From: Eledone cirrhosa
Taxonomy: Eukaryota
DNA: 64,000 nt
Direction of reading: 5' to 3'
NCBI GenBank assembly: GCA_964016885.1
Contig: OZ024740.1
Location: 323,640,001 to 323,704,000, forward strand
In this document: positions 13,635 to 27,184 of the stretch, in pieces
How positions within the stretch are numbered: position 1 is the stretch's first letter
How the letters are laid out: each line of letters opens with the position of its first letter
The notes under the pieces: model-generated
The model's input: only the letters and a program-made list of their open reading frames with translations
Told to the model about the DNA's origin: nothing
Databases searched by the model: none
Program-made: the position numbers and the translations under genes

Positions 13635-14535
13635 TCTATATATCTAAAACAGAGAATATTTGTCTGTCTGACTCCCAAAAACTCGAGAACCACCCAACCG
13701 ATTTTTTTCAAACTTTACACAATACTTATGGTCGTGTGAGTGCTTTGAGCAAAAGATATTTCAAATTTTCAATGTCCTAGGGACCGCATTAGGCGCCGTT
13801 TAGCGATCTCGCTATCTTTCTTAGTCTGTCTTTTTAGATAGATACATAGCTATAATGTTGCGCCCTTATAATATATGTCTGTATGTCTGGCTGTCTGCAT
13901 TACGACATTGACTTCGCTATCTGTGTGTGTGTATATGTTTAAATAGTGTGTGTATATATATATATCTATTCATATGTATCCCAATTGCAACAACGCAGCA
14001 CGCCATTTTTTCCCTCCGCTGTGACCAGTCTGTTTCTTTCTTACTACTATCTCTTTCTCTCCCCCTGTATCTCTCACCTTCATCTCACCCCCTCTGTCAG
14101 TCACTCTCTCTCAGCTGGCCTCTTCCTCGCACTTTCACTCGCTCACTCTCTGCTGCTCCCCCTCTCTCACTTCCTCCCGTCTGGCCTGTGTGGGGTCCTT
14201 TTCTCGCTTACATCTCACATCGCTCGGACGCGTCTATGTCTTTCGTCCGTGATTTGACCTAACTTAAGTTCACAGATATCATGGACTTGTTTCTCCTCTT
14301 CCTCTCTTACCGTTGCATTACCACCTCTGTTTGTTTACATGTCTCGCTCGCTTCACCCTATTCTACGTACCCCAATAACTTTTTTAGTTATTGCTCGCAC
14401 CAGCCAGAGGTATATGATCTTTAATGCGAAGAAATACCAACGACGGCTGGAAGATCACTGATAACGGACGCCTTATCTTCTGCTCTAATTTTATTCATAT
14501 GTATCCAATTTGCAACAACGCAGCACGCCATTTTT
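13635..14535 (+). mobile_element. Non-autonomous Helitron-like element with internal 42-bp direct repeat; 3' CTAG end not found
   Basis: A|TCTATATATCTAAAAC...TGTCTGTCTG...AACCGATTT..AAACTTT is typical of Helitron-derivative 5' ends; TTCATATGTATCC..TTGCAACAACGCAGCACGCCATTTTT at about 13969 and 14494. Confidence 0.5.
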
Positions 14536-14887
14536 CATATATATATATATATAGTGTGTAACGTTTTTCGAAATATTTACTTCTGCGTTCAGAGATCGAT
14601 TTTTTTAGTTTCAGAAGATCCCGTTAAGGGTGAAAGCAGCGATTCTTCGCTTAAACTTTAATCTGTTATTTTAATATATATATATATAATTATATATTCG
14701 TGTACAGATATTTTTGCATACACAATAACAAAATATAAAGAAACGTATTTATTTCACGAGGTTCGACAGCAGCAAAAATAACAAAAAAAAAAAAAAGAGA
14801 GGGAACGCAATTACATGCTTTTGAAAAATTTTAATGGAAAATTATTTGCTTATTCATCCAAGACGATTTCACGATTATTTGATCATT

Positions 14888-15272
14888 AATAAAGATATTT
14901 TAAACATTTAGATTAAAAAAACAGCTTTTAGATACTTTGACGAAATCTTTGCAGTATGTTAAGAATTATATTATAACAAGAATATTACAGTGATATCAAA
15001 GGATTTGTATGATATCTGTTCATCAATAGAGATACTCTAAACATTTGAATTATCAAACCAGCTTTTAGATACTTTGTAATAAATCTTTGTGTATGTTTCG
15101 AATTATATTATAACAAGAATATTACAATGATATCAATATATTTGTAAGATAACTGTCCATTAATAAAGATACTCTAAACATTTGAATTAACAAACCATCT
15201 TTTAGATAGTTTCTACTAAATCTTTACAGTATGTTAAGAATTAATGACAACACAAGAATATTACACGAATAT
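14888..15272. repeat. AT-rich tandem repeat, 137-bp period, about 2.8 copies
   Basis: AATA(A/G)AGATA..TAAACATTT..TTTAGATA..AAATCTTT..TATGTT..GAATTA..ACAAGAATATTACA starts at 14888, 15025, 15162. Confidence 0.85.
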
Positions 15273-15447
15273 CATGTGTGTTATAAAAATATAATAAAAC
15301 AGTTATTTCGATACAAATGTTGATATATTGATAATAAAAGAATATCGTATGAAATAGACAAAAAAAAAGGGCTTTGTGGTTAGCTGTAGGGCAGAAGAAC
15401 TAGTTGACGAGAAGAGTAGGTGAAAATGTAGTTCTGTAGTTCCTAAG

Positions 15448-16000
<553 letters not shown>

Positions 16001-17619
16001 AAAATTAATAAACACTATTTCTATGGAATGCATATGAGTATATATTTATATATATATATATATGCGTTCAATAGAAACAGAGTTTATTAATTTTTTTTCA
16101 TATAAGAAAATTCCATTGTAAAATAATTTTAGCTTTGTGGAAATAATGAGGAAATGTTGACATCAGTTCTAACAGTATTTCATGTTGCTGAAGGCCATCT
16201 TTCACACGTGTTTTATTTCTTCTCAACTTTGTATAACAGAGACATGTTCCCATGAAGCAGAACCAGCTATCTAGCTCTGATTCATTCTCATTACTAGTTC
16301 ATATCGACTAGAGAAGGATCAACTCCGTTGTGTTTCAATGCCCAAAACAGGCCGTATGTCTTAGAGGCGCGCCTACAATTTACGAACCCATTGATGGATG
16401 GATACAGCCAGATAACAAAAAAGATCTCGCTAATATTCCTGAAATAAAATCACATTAACGCCGACACACACTGTCTGATCCCACCAAAAGAATTGAGACT
16501 TTGGCCCTCTAAAACATTTATTGTCATGGAATCCTAATACGATTTTTTCAAAATTCGCAGAACCCGTAATTATATTTTACAAACAATCGTCCACCACGTT
16601 AACTTAAAAAAAATGGATGGAAAAGAGTCGATTGTCAGATTGGACAAAAGAAACAATGTTTTCATTTCTCTTTCTATTGCTGATACTATCAGACAGAAGT
16701 TGTAAGGTGAAATAAATTATTTTGCTCTAGAACAGAACTTGCCGCTTCATCCTGGAATAGAAACAAAGACCTGATCATCGTGAGTCCTACACCCTAGCCA
16801 TAAGGGCAGGTGCCTTCATAACTCTAGTTTAAGGACAATCTCCCATCAGACTAATTTTAACAAAACAATAAATCATTTTCACATGGAAACATTTTCCACC
16901 ACCCAACTGTATAGTAAATATTCCAAAGTATGCCAAAATTGTTTGGTAAAAGTTTGCTACTGGTTCATTATTCTCATTTAGTCTCGTGATTTTTTGGTTT
17001 GTATTTTTTTTTAATAGGGGTTCTTTGCATATCTCCTTTGAATATATTTTTTTCTGGTAGCATATGTTGAAACACCTTAATACTCAAAATACTATAACGT
17101 CCACCATCATTTTCTCTTTCAGTTGCTCATCACCCACCCAACAGTTGTAATCGCCCATAGGAGGAGCGATATCACCCAGATTGGGAAATTCTGTATTAAA
17201 TAAATCAATTGATTTTCATATGAATTCATACATATGCCAACAAATTTAGAATTTTTACTGAAAGACACCTATGATCATAGAAACACGGAGTCTTTACCTC
17301 GGAAACCTGAAAGCCACATTTTCTACACCCATTTTTTCAAGCGTATAATACTGGTATTTGTTTCCCAAAGTGGCTGCCGTGATATTTGAAATTAGAACTT
17401 AAAGAGCCACAACTAATACTGCAAACGGGTGCTCAAACGACTACTAACTTCCTACCTTACGATGATAAGGAGGATGATGATAAGGAGGATGATGATAAGG
17501 AGGATGATGATATTGAGAATAACGACGACGATGATGATGATGTATTAAGCAAAATACCACGATTTTTCAATTCCGTAATAGATGAAAGAAAAATGTGATC
17601 TTGGTATAGTCAGCCCAAT

Positions 17620-17783
17620 AACAATAATAATAATAATACAGGGAGCCAAAGCTCAAAATTGTACTGAAGGAGAAGACAATAGACCAGGGGATGTCCAAGG
17701 AGGAAATAACAACAAGGAGGAAAGCAACCTTCATGAAAAATCCCTTCATAGTACCTTCTTTAAGAAAACTGAATTTAGAGATC
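17620..17783 (+). mobile_element. Short R4/Dong-like RLE retrotransposon fragment next to (TAA)n
   Basis: LHEKSLHSTFFKKTEFRD resembles the KPLHG motif also seen near 1155 (QKPLHDKY); preceded by AATAATAATAAT. Confidence 0.4.
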
Positions 17784-18867
17784 CACCGCCTTTCCACGTC
17801 CCGGTTCGAGCGGGATGCCCTGCAACAGCTCCAGCTTCCGCAGTAAAGGCTCGAGAGTCAATACGTACAGAAGGGAAGAGACAGGGCACCCTTGACGGAC
17901 CGATCGCGAGAGCCGAAATGGTTCCGAGAGGTGGACATTAACCTTGACCACCGAGCGTGTGCCGCTGTGCATTGCAGCGATCCAGCTTCTGAAGACAGGG
18001 CCGAAGCCAGCTGCTTTGAGGACAAACTCCAGATACCGATGGTCGATCCTATCGAATGCTTTTGATTGATCTAAATGGATCAGTGCCCCACCGAAGTCAG
18101 ATTTACACCCTACCCTCTCTATGATGTATCGCATGAGGTGGAGATTGTCGTGTATATATCTAGGTTGACCATACAGATCACAAATTTGTGATCTGAATAG
18201 GCGACCGTTTTAAAAAGTGGGCAGCCTACACTATTTCTATCTATTTTTCTAATGAAGATCCTGTCTATATACGATCTAGATGACCCCATTCGGTTGGTCC
18301 ATGTCCATACTGGCACATTAGGGAAATCTAGTCGATACCTGTCAGACAGTTGGAACTGGCTGAGTAGGTGCTTCAGGCTTTTGCATCCCCCGCTCCTATC
18401 GGCTACTCCCACACAATCCCAGCGTGCGTCTAAGATGCCATTCCAGTCCCCCGCTAACAGTAAAGGGCGAGACGTACCCAGAAAGGTCTCCAGGCGCTTA
18501 AAGAAGTCCGGTCATCCGGCCCCTGTAGGGGTGTAGACGGCCAACAGTCTAAAGGCACCACCTTCGCTACTGCTCACATCCAAGACTACCAACTTACCGT
18601 CCGGATCCCGGAAGATCGACCTTACCTCGAGCTCCAGTCGATTCCTAAACAGCACTGCCACCCCACCCTCCTTCCCGGCCTGCTAACAGATGCGAAGATC
18701 TGATAGTCGTCGAAAATGGGGGCTAGTGAGCGCGTGTCGGAAATTCTGGTCTCGCTGACGGCAATCACATCCATTTCCAGCGACTTGAGGTCGTTGAGCA
18801 GGCGACCCTGCTTCCAGAGTGACCCCAGGCCGCGAACATTTAAACTTCCTACTCTTAATATGGCCAT
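17780..18867 (-). pseudogene. LINE ORF2 remnant (APE endonuclease and partial RT), copy B
   Basis: ORFs 18622-18867, 18119-18412, 17775-18134. Confidence 0.85.
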
Positions 18868-18896
18868 GTTGGTAAGCTAAGGGAGAGAAGGAAGGT

Positions 18897-20858
18897 TTAC
18901 TTACCTCCCGGGGTCTTGTGAAGGTCGGGTGGTTCGACCTCCATGGTTGGTTGGGTTTCTTTTGGGAACCCCTTTAAAAGTCTCGATGTGGGTTTCACAT
19001 TCGGGGTTCCCACGTCTTCAGGAAAGCTCTCTCGAATTTCTTTGAAGGAATTGAGTGACATTCGGACCAGAAGCAAATCTTCTGGCACGCAAAATGTGCT
19101 CCTTTCAAAATCTCCCCCTCTGTTTGAATGTCCTCGCTTCGTGCAAAGAGGGCCATCAGTTTATCGTTGGCCCTTCTGACAAGCACGAAGTTTTTAACAT
19201 TTTGTTGGTGTGGTTTTATTTGTTTTCGTTTTGGTGACTGTGGTGGTGATGGTTTTGGTGGTGTTGTTTCGGGTATGTCTGTGTTTGTTGTAGGTGTGGT
19301 GTCTGCAATTTCAGGTATTTGTGTGTTTATTTGTACTTGTGTTTGTTTAGGTTGTTTGCGTTTCGGGGATTGTGGGGGTGGTGTCGATGTTGCTGATGGT
19401 GCTGATGTTATTGGGGAAGTGTTTGCGTTAGTGGTGTCTGTAGTTTTTGTTGTGTATGTTTTTTGTGTTTTGTTGGGGCTTTTTTTTGTGAGTTTTCTCT
19501 GTTTTTTTTGCACTTTTGGGTTTTCCTTCATCTTCGCTGCTGGAAGACAAAGGGTCTGTGGCTGTGAGTGTCTATGTGTCTGTGTGTACGTTTATTGTTT
19601 TGTCTATGTGTATAATTGCGGGGTAGGGAGAGTAGAAGAGCTTTCCTCGTTTTCCCCTTGGATTGGTTTCGGTGTTGGTGGTGGTCCAGCTGTTTTTGAT
19701 GTTGGTGTCTGTGTCTTCGTTGGTGTTGTTTTTGGTGGTGGTGGTGCAGCTTTCCGTGCTGACACTGGCGTTGGCAACAAAGGAGGTTTGCGAGCCCCTG
19801 CATTTTTGCGCTGAGGGCATAAGGCTTGCAGATGCGTTGCTTCCCTTCCGTCAATGATTAGTTGGATTGTTGTCCCGTCCTGCAGGCGGGCAAAATCCGG
19901 GATGTTGTTCATGTCCTCCGGCTTCATGTGGAGAAGAATCTCCAAATCCATTCCGGACCAGTCCTCTCTCTCTGTCTTTTTGATATCCAGGAGGGTAGTG
20001 TCTGTCCCCTCCTCGATTACGCATCCCAGCAGCCACCATATGTTCATTCCTGGTGGGATGCTGGGAATGCGGACCTTTACTGTCCTTTTACCCATGTAGG
20101 ACGGATGCATGATAATGCGTTCCGTTCTGCAGGGGGTCACCGAGTGCTTAATAGCGAGGGCCTCGGTTTTGAGCAGTACCGAGATGATACCGAACTGTTT
20201 GCCTCTTGCTTTATACTCTATGTTACTTCCGATGTACTCCAAAGCAGCCTCGACCTCTGCTTGGTTGGCAAGTTCCACTTTTCGTGTCTGCACCGAAATG
20301 CATCGAAAGTACACCGTCCTCCTTTGGATGGCCACTATTGCCTCGTCCGGGATGATCAGGTTTGCCCAGAACCTCTCCCGTTTAATTAGCCTCCACGCTT
20401 GGGCCAACTGCTCGTCTTTATCGCTAATATCAATATCAATATTCAATAAGCGCTTTATTTTTGCTGCTGCTGCAGCAAATGTGTTGCTTCTGATGCTCGT
20501 TGTTGGTGTTGTCGTTCTTGCTGTTGTTATTGGTGGTGTTGTTGTTGTTTTGTTTGTTGTTGCTGTTGCCACCGCCATCCGTGTTTACATTGAAGCTGTC
20601 GGTGTTATTGTCGTTATTGCTCTGAGTTGTTGTTGTTGTGGCGGTGGTGGCGGCGGTGGTGGTGGTGATATCGTTTTCAGATGATACTGCTGCTATCACA
20701 GAAGGTTGTGATGGTAGCTTTTGAGTTTTGCCTTCACATTCAGTAGAGTGGACGACAGGCATGACTGTAGCCGTCGTAGTCGTGGTGAAATCTACAGTGG
20801 CTGCTTTTAAACTTTTGACCTGAACGTTGTTTACCGTTTCAAGGTCGAAAATTTCCAT
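18897..20858 (-). pseudogene. LINE ORF1 (copy B), frameshifted; zinc knuckle partly deleted
   Basis: Segments 20436-20858, 19604-20578, 18995-19531, 18897-19088; PSYMGKRTVKVRI matches PSYCGQKIVRVKL of copy A; only the THLQALC half of the CCHC remains. Confidence 0.75.
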
Positions 20859-21083
20859 ATTTTATTTTTGGTGGGGAAGCGATTTTTTTCGAAGTTTTTA
20901 AAAATAAATCTGTATATTCGGGCTTAAAGCCCAAACATTGAGAGGTATCCCTCTCTTTAAATTAAGATATGTACCTTAAGTTTCGTTAACGACAAGAAAA
21001 TACAAAAAATGACACTTTAAAACAGCTTAAAGTTACGAACCTTTTCCCCCGCAGATTTGTGCTGTCTTCACACATGTGCGTCC

Positions 21084-21117
<34 letters not shown>

Positions 21118-21394
21118 TTTCATTTATTAGCCACAAGGGCCGACATGTAGGGGACAATACAAAGACAGGGACAGTGGGGGTTTACAATAAGGTCTAGTAA
21201 AAGTGCACAATGGCAAGACTAATTTAACAATGAAAATATAAAAATATAAAATAAACTATGCATAAATATAACAAAATAAATTCCCCGATAGGGGGTGGAC
21301 GACCCTGGGGTGATTCGGGTACCCCACCAATCCTGAACAACCCTGCGCTTCTAGGGCACCCAGGGAGAGCATCCCTCTCCTCAAGTTAGCTAGC

Positions 21395-24300
21395 CTATAG
21401 ACGCATGGTCAGAGTAGACCCATTCACACGAGCCATTCTCGCCACATTTACCCACCATTTAGCAAATGTACTGGGGGGGGGGGCACTTCTCTCTCCACCC
21501 TCACCCTCCTTTCCAGGTGAAACTTGAAGAAGTTGATGAGGGATTGGCCGAAGAGAAAAGTGTCTGTCTTTAGTCCTTTCAACCTGGTCCACCATATAAT
21601 CTCTTTCGCAACTGCCACCAGACAGAGGAAAATTTCCTGCTCTTCCTGACCTAAGGAAGGTGGCGGCTCGATCTTCACTATGGACTCGGCCGATAGCCGG
21701 ATTCGTTCCACACGCGACAGTAGCTGTTCGACATAACTCCACAAGTCAGTAATGCACGGACATTGGACAAGTGTGTGCAGAACGGTTTCGTCGTTCTGTG
21801 CGCATCTTGGGCAGGTCCGTCTGACAGCACTTCCGTGCCTGTAGAGTTTATCCCGAACCGGCAGTGCCCCCCGGTAGCACTGCCAAGCGAGGGATTTCTG
21901 GAAATTGTCCATCGTCCCCGGCTCAAAAGTACTCCGGTACAGACTGGTCAGTTCGACTTCGTCGAGGCCCAAAGCTTCTCCGAGTGCGTCATCGCACTTG
22001 CCCACCACTAATCCTTTATAGAACTCGAGAGTGGAAGTTCCACTGATCGCATTGCCCGCTTGGTAGAGGGCAGTGACTGCCTGGCAACATTCCAGGTGCC
22101 AGTCACCCAGTTTCCGTCTCTTCTTGACCCAGGACTGCAGCTCAGTCAAAGAAATGAGCTGCGGAAAGGCCTGTCTGATAAACGGCGACCACACCTGTTC
22201 ACCATTGAGGCAGAATATCTGGAGATGTCGCAGCCTCAACGCATGTCTGCGCATCATTAGCCACGGCATGCCCAGCCCTCCGCGTAGAGGGTGCTGGCAG
22301 CAGATGGACCGCCTCGCCAATGGAACTTGTCCCCTCCACAAGAATTTGCAGAGGAGCCGTTCCAAATTGACGAGGCGCGGACGGGGGCAAGGCACGACGG
22401 TTAGGTGGTAGTAGATGACGGACGCGATGTACGCATTCGCCACCTCCGCGCGACCTTTCAGTGATAGCTTCCTCCCAGCCCATTTTTGGGTGAGACTGGC
22501 TACTCTGCTCGTTACCTCGTTCCAATTCTTTTCCACCTGGAGGTCTGGTCCGAACCAAACCCCGAGCAACTTTACCGGTCCGTCCGTCCAGTGCCCCACG
22601 ACGCTGTTGGACGGCATGGGCTTGCCTCTCCAGGTTCCGAGCTGCAAACCCACCGACTTTTCTGGGTTAAGTTTGGCTCCTGTCAACCTTTCATATTCCT
22701 TCAATAAGGTGCCAACCACCTCGATTTCTGAGGTGTTCGACACCATCACGGTGATGTCGTCCGCATAAGCCGACACCGCCTTTCCACGTACCGGTTCGAG
22801 CGGGATGCCCTGCAACAGCTCCAGCTTCCGCAGTAAAGGCTCGAGAGTCAATACGTACAGAAGGGAAGAGAGAGGGCACCCTTGACGGACCGATCGGGAG
22901 AGCCGAAATGGTTCCGAGAGGCGGCCATTAACCTTGACCACCGAGCGTGTGCCGCTGTGCATTGCAACGATCCAGCTTCTAAAGACAGGGCCGAAGCCAG
23001 CTGCTTTGAGGACAAACTCCAGATACCGATGGTCGATCCTATCGAATGCCTTTGATTGATCTAAATGCCCCACCGAAGCCAGGTTTACACCCTACCTTCT
23101 CTATGATGTATCGCATGAGGTGGAGATTGTCGTGTATGGACCTGGCTGGGATTGCGCAAGTTTGCGCCTCCCCAACCAAATCCTCGACGACAAGCGCCAA
23201 TCTCTTTGCTAACACCTTGGCCAAAATCTTAAACTCTGTGTTGAGCAGAGTTATGGGCCTGAAGTTATCTAATGTATCCCTCTTGTTCTCGTTTTTCCTT
23301 ATCAGCGTCACCACTCCCCTGCTCACAGAACTGGGAATACTCGCATTCTGCTGCCAGTTGCAGTAGAGTGCTTCGAGGAGTTCGGAGTACAAGTCTGGCA
23401 TATTTACGTAAAGCTCGTAGGGCAGGCCATCCAAACCGGGTGACTTACGCCTCATGCAGCCGACAAGGGCGTCCTGAATTTCGGCTGAAGTATTCGGCCT
23501 TTCGCAGCGCTCAGCGTCGACCGTCGAGATGCGCGGCAAGCCGTCAAGGTAGGGACTGAAATCCGCTACTCTCTCTGACTCGCCACTCTCCCTGAACAAC
23601 CGAGCAAATTGCTGGCGAAAGGCCTCACACATCCGCTTGGAATCGCTTATCTCGTGTCTGTCTCGGTCCGCCAAAGACCGAATTGTGGTTTTATTACCAC
23701 GCTGCGCCTCCACCACGCGGGCCCATCGAACAGCTTTAGTTCCCTCGTTTCTCAGCGCACGCGCCTTAGCTCTGACAATGCAACCTTCGTGTTTGGCATT
23801 GAAGAAATGGTCTAATGCCATTCTCGCCGCTAGCGCGTCAGTTGCGATGCCACTACAAATAGCCTCATCTAACTTATCTACCAGCTCCCCCTCCTTTCTA
23901 TTTTTCTCTAACGCTAGTTCTTTGCTGAACTCTATCGAAGTTACTCTAATCTCTCTTTTGAGAGCCCCCCCCCCACCATCTGTTGTTGATGATCCCCCCC
24001 TGTCAACTTTTGCTTAACTAAATTGTTGACTCGGTCCCTGTAAGCCTTACGTGCCGGAAATGACATGTTCAGCTTCCAGTAACCCGGTCCTAACCTACGC
24101 GTTTTATTTAGGTCGACCGTACAGATCACAAATTTGTGATCTGAATAGGCGACCGTTTTAAAAAGTGGACAGCCCACACTATTTCTATCTATTTTCTTAA
24201 TGAAGATCCTGTCTATATACGATCTAGATGACCCCATTAGGTTGGTCCATGTCCATACTGGCACATTGGGGAAATCTAGTCGATACCTGTCAGACAGTTG

Positions 24301-24816
24301 AAACTGGCTGAGTAGGTGCTTCAGGCTTTTGCACCCCCCGCTCCTATCGGCTACTCCCACACAATCCCAGCGTGCGTCTAAGATGCCATTCTAGTCACCC
24401 GCTAACAGTAAAGTGCGAGACGCACCCAGAAAGGTCTCCAGGCGCCTAAAGAAGTCAGATCGTCCGGCCCCTGTCGGGGCATAGACGGCCACTAGCCTGA
24501 AAGCTTGCCCGTCTCCGCTGGTCACGTCCAGCACCACCAACTTACCTTCTGGGTCCAGGAAGATGGCCCGTATGGCGAGATCCAAACCTCTCCAAAAAAG
24601 CACAGCAACTCCTCCCCCCGATCCAGGACGGCTGGGAGATGCGTACACATCGTAGCCGCCGAAGATCGGTGCGAAGGCCCGTGCTTCGGAGATTCTGGTC
24701 TCGCTGATGGCCACTACATCTATGTTTAGTGACCTGAGGTCGTTGAGCAGATGGCCCTGCTTCCATGACGACCCAAACCCACGCGCATTTATGCTGCCTA
24801 TTCTGAGTGAGGTCAT
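21395..24816 (-). pseudogene. LINE ORF2 (APE endonuclease, reverse transcriptase, C-terminal CCHC finger), copy A
   Basis: MTSLRIGSINARG, LLLAGD, SDHKFV, KSPGLDGLPYE, NFRPITLLNTEFKILAK, LDQSKAFDRIDH, VRQGCPLS, SAYADDITV, LLGVWF, CPRCAQNDETVLHTLVQC; a few frameshifts, some at homopolymers. Confidence 0.95.
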
Positions 24817-26970
24817 GTTGAAATGGAGTGGAAAAGATGGGAAAGACCACTTACCTTACTTCTCGTAGAGGAAGGATGGTTTCTCCATCCCTTTTCACTT
24901 GAATCGTCCCTTCGGCTGGTCGTCGGCTCTTCTGTGAGTATATCCGAATATACTCTCCGGTTGAGTGTCCCTCCTAGGTCTCTGAAATCACCAACTGCGT
25001 TGGGGAATTTCGTTTTAATGTTTGTGTATTGTTTTTGTGCTATTCTTACCAGTCTTATGTTCGTTGGTGTTTTGATTGGTGCTGGTATTATGTAGTCGTG
25101 CTGTGAAATGTCTGTATGTTCAATTATGTAAGTTTCTTGTTGTGTGTATTTATTGCTGTGCATTTCTTTTTCTGGGGGTGGGGTGTGGTTCTGCTATTTT
25201 CTTGTCGTTGTTGCTGGGTGTGTGTGTTTTGTTGTTGTGTTTGCGATGTTGGTGCTTGTGGTGGTGGTGTTGAAGGTATTGTTGTTGTTTGGGGTGGGGT
25301 TGCCGCCGATGGTGATGGTGGTGCTAGTGTGGGTGGTGATGGTGTTGCTGGTGTTGCTGCTGTAAGTCTCTTTGCAGTATCCTTTACCCTTTTTTCATTT
25401 CTTTCCTCCCTTTTCGAAGGCGACGATGCGCTGCTTCTGCGTTTGTGCCTTCTTACGACCTTTTGCCATCCCTCTCCCACCTCACACTCCATGTCCGATT
25501 CTGTGAGGTCGGGGAGGGGTACCAGCTCCACTCTTTCACTTGTTCGTGATGGTTGCAGTGGAGTCTATGTTGCAGCTGCAGTTGGTATTAATGTTGTTGT
25601 TGTTAATACTTCCACTGCTGCTACTGTTCTTGATTTCCGTGACGTGGGTATGGGTGCCACGGACCTATCCTTCCTGGTTGCCGCCTGTCCTGTTGATGGT
25701 AGCATTGGAGCCGGTTTCGGAAGGAGGGGGATTTTCTCCTTTCTCAGGGTCTTCTCATTGCAGAAGGCCCTGAGGTGAGTCTTCGATCCACAGCGAAAGC
25801 ATTTCGGGTGTTTGCCCTCAACCCTTATGGGCAGTTGAGTGCCGTTATCGAAGACTATCACATCCGGGATAGATTCGATGCACTTCTGGTTGGTTTGGAT
25901 TAACATCTCAATGGAGGTGACGACTCAATCTTCTCGTACTTTTTCCTGTACTTGCAGTACAGCTGTTTTGTCCTCGATTCCGACGAGGACAGACGCGGCC
26001 AGCCAAGAAGGGGCCATCCCGGGGGAGGGGGGGGGGGCGTTGGTCAGTTTGACCCTCACAATTTTTTGCCCGCAGTAGGAGGGCACCAACACCATTTCCT
26101 CGCTCCTTAGGGTCACTAAGAATTGAGCCTTTGCCTCCTTGGGTGTGGCAAAAAGCACGTCCATGGTGGCATATTTCTTGCCTCGGGTGATATGCGTTTT
26201 CCGCTGCCACACAGACCCTAAGGCTTTTTGTATTTGAGCCTCTGTGGCTCTTTCAACCCTACGGGATTTTGTGCTTACTGTACGGTACGTGACCGTACAG
26301 TGCTGTTGGGTTTCGAAAAATTTTCGGCTGCCTTGCAGATTGCTCGGTGTCCGGTTTTCGTTACCATCTTCTTTCCTTCCTGTAATTCCTCATTTGTTAT
26401 AAGGATGGTTTCCAGCTTCTTTGCGATACCTGCAAACGAGATTGGTTTTTCTTTCTTGTTGTTGTCGTCAGAGCTGCTGTTACTTTTGTTGTTGCTGCTG
26501 CTGGTACTACGACCGCCGCCGCCGCTGTTGCTGTGGTTGTTGTTGTTGCTGCTGCTGTTGTTGTTACTGTGGCTGCTGCTGCTGTTGTTGTTGTTTATGC
26601 TGCTGCTGATGTTGTTGCGGCTGCTACTAGTGTTTTCCTTGTCACTGTTGCTGTTGTTATTACGGCTGCTAGTGCTATTCTTCATGACGTCAGACGAATG
26701 AAATGGCTTTCTGTATTTACCGCACGCATTTTCCGTCGTTGTCGCCGTCGTTGATAAATGTTCCACGGTATGCACGTGCTCTTGGTGAAGGCTATCAGAA
26801 ACTATATTTTTCTTTTTCTTTAATGGTGTCGCTTGCAAAAGAGAAGGGAGGGAGAGAGACCTATTTAGAGAAGGGAGGGAGAGAGATAATCTTCTCTCTG
26901 ATGTAGTGACGATTGGGGAAGAAGACGGAATGAGTGGCAGTGACTTGTGAAAATTCTTTTTTGTAGCCAT
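24813..26970 (-). pseudogene. LINE ORF1 (copy A), frameshifted, gag-like CCHC knuckle
   Basis: Segments 26275-26970, 25925-26212, 25565-25906, 25124-25531, 24813-25163; CX2CX4HX4C; stop overlaps the ORF2 start as ATGA. Confidence 0.8.
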
Positions 26971-27184
26971 GTTTTTTTTGGTTTAAAATGAATATTGGGC
27001 ACAAAACCCCAATAAGCGGTTATTTAACCCTGAAGGGCCAAATAACGGACAGAAAGACCCCTCTCACGAGGAGGAGGGTGTTTTTGTCTACAAGTTGGTT
27101 AAAGTTTTAAACAATTTACAATTGTTATAGCGTTTAAAATTTACTATACCTTACAGAGCCGAGCCTCCGTCAACCATGGCATTC

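Larger units (their letters stand above)
17780..21084 (-). mobile_element. Tx1/L1-clade LINE copy B: 5' UTR, ORF1 and APE endonuclease, internally deleted and 3'-truncated
   Basis: ORF1 pieces 20858 to 18897; ORF2 MAILRVGSLNVRGL..DVIAVSETR, SYIDRIF, SDHKFV, LDQSKAFDRIDH, SVRQGCPVS; breaks off just before YADD. Confidence 0.9.
21085..27184 (-). mobile_element. Near full-length Tx1/L1-clade LINE copy A (about 6.1 kb), frameshifted
   Basis: 5' UTR, ORF1 with CFRCGSKTHLRAFC knuckle, ORF2 with endonuclease, RT and zinc finger, 3' UTR with AATAAA followed by (ATT)n; 5' flank is (TTC)n on the element strand. Confidence 0.95.
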
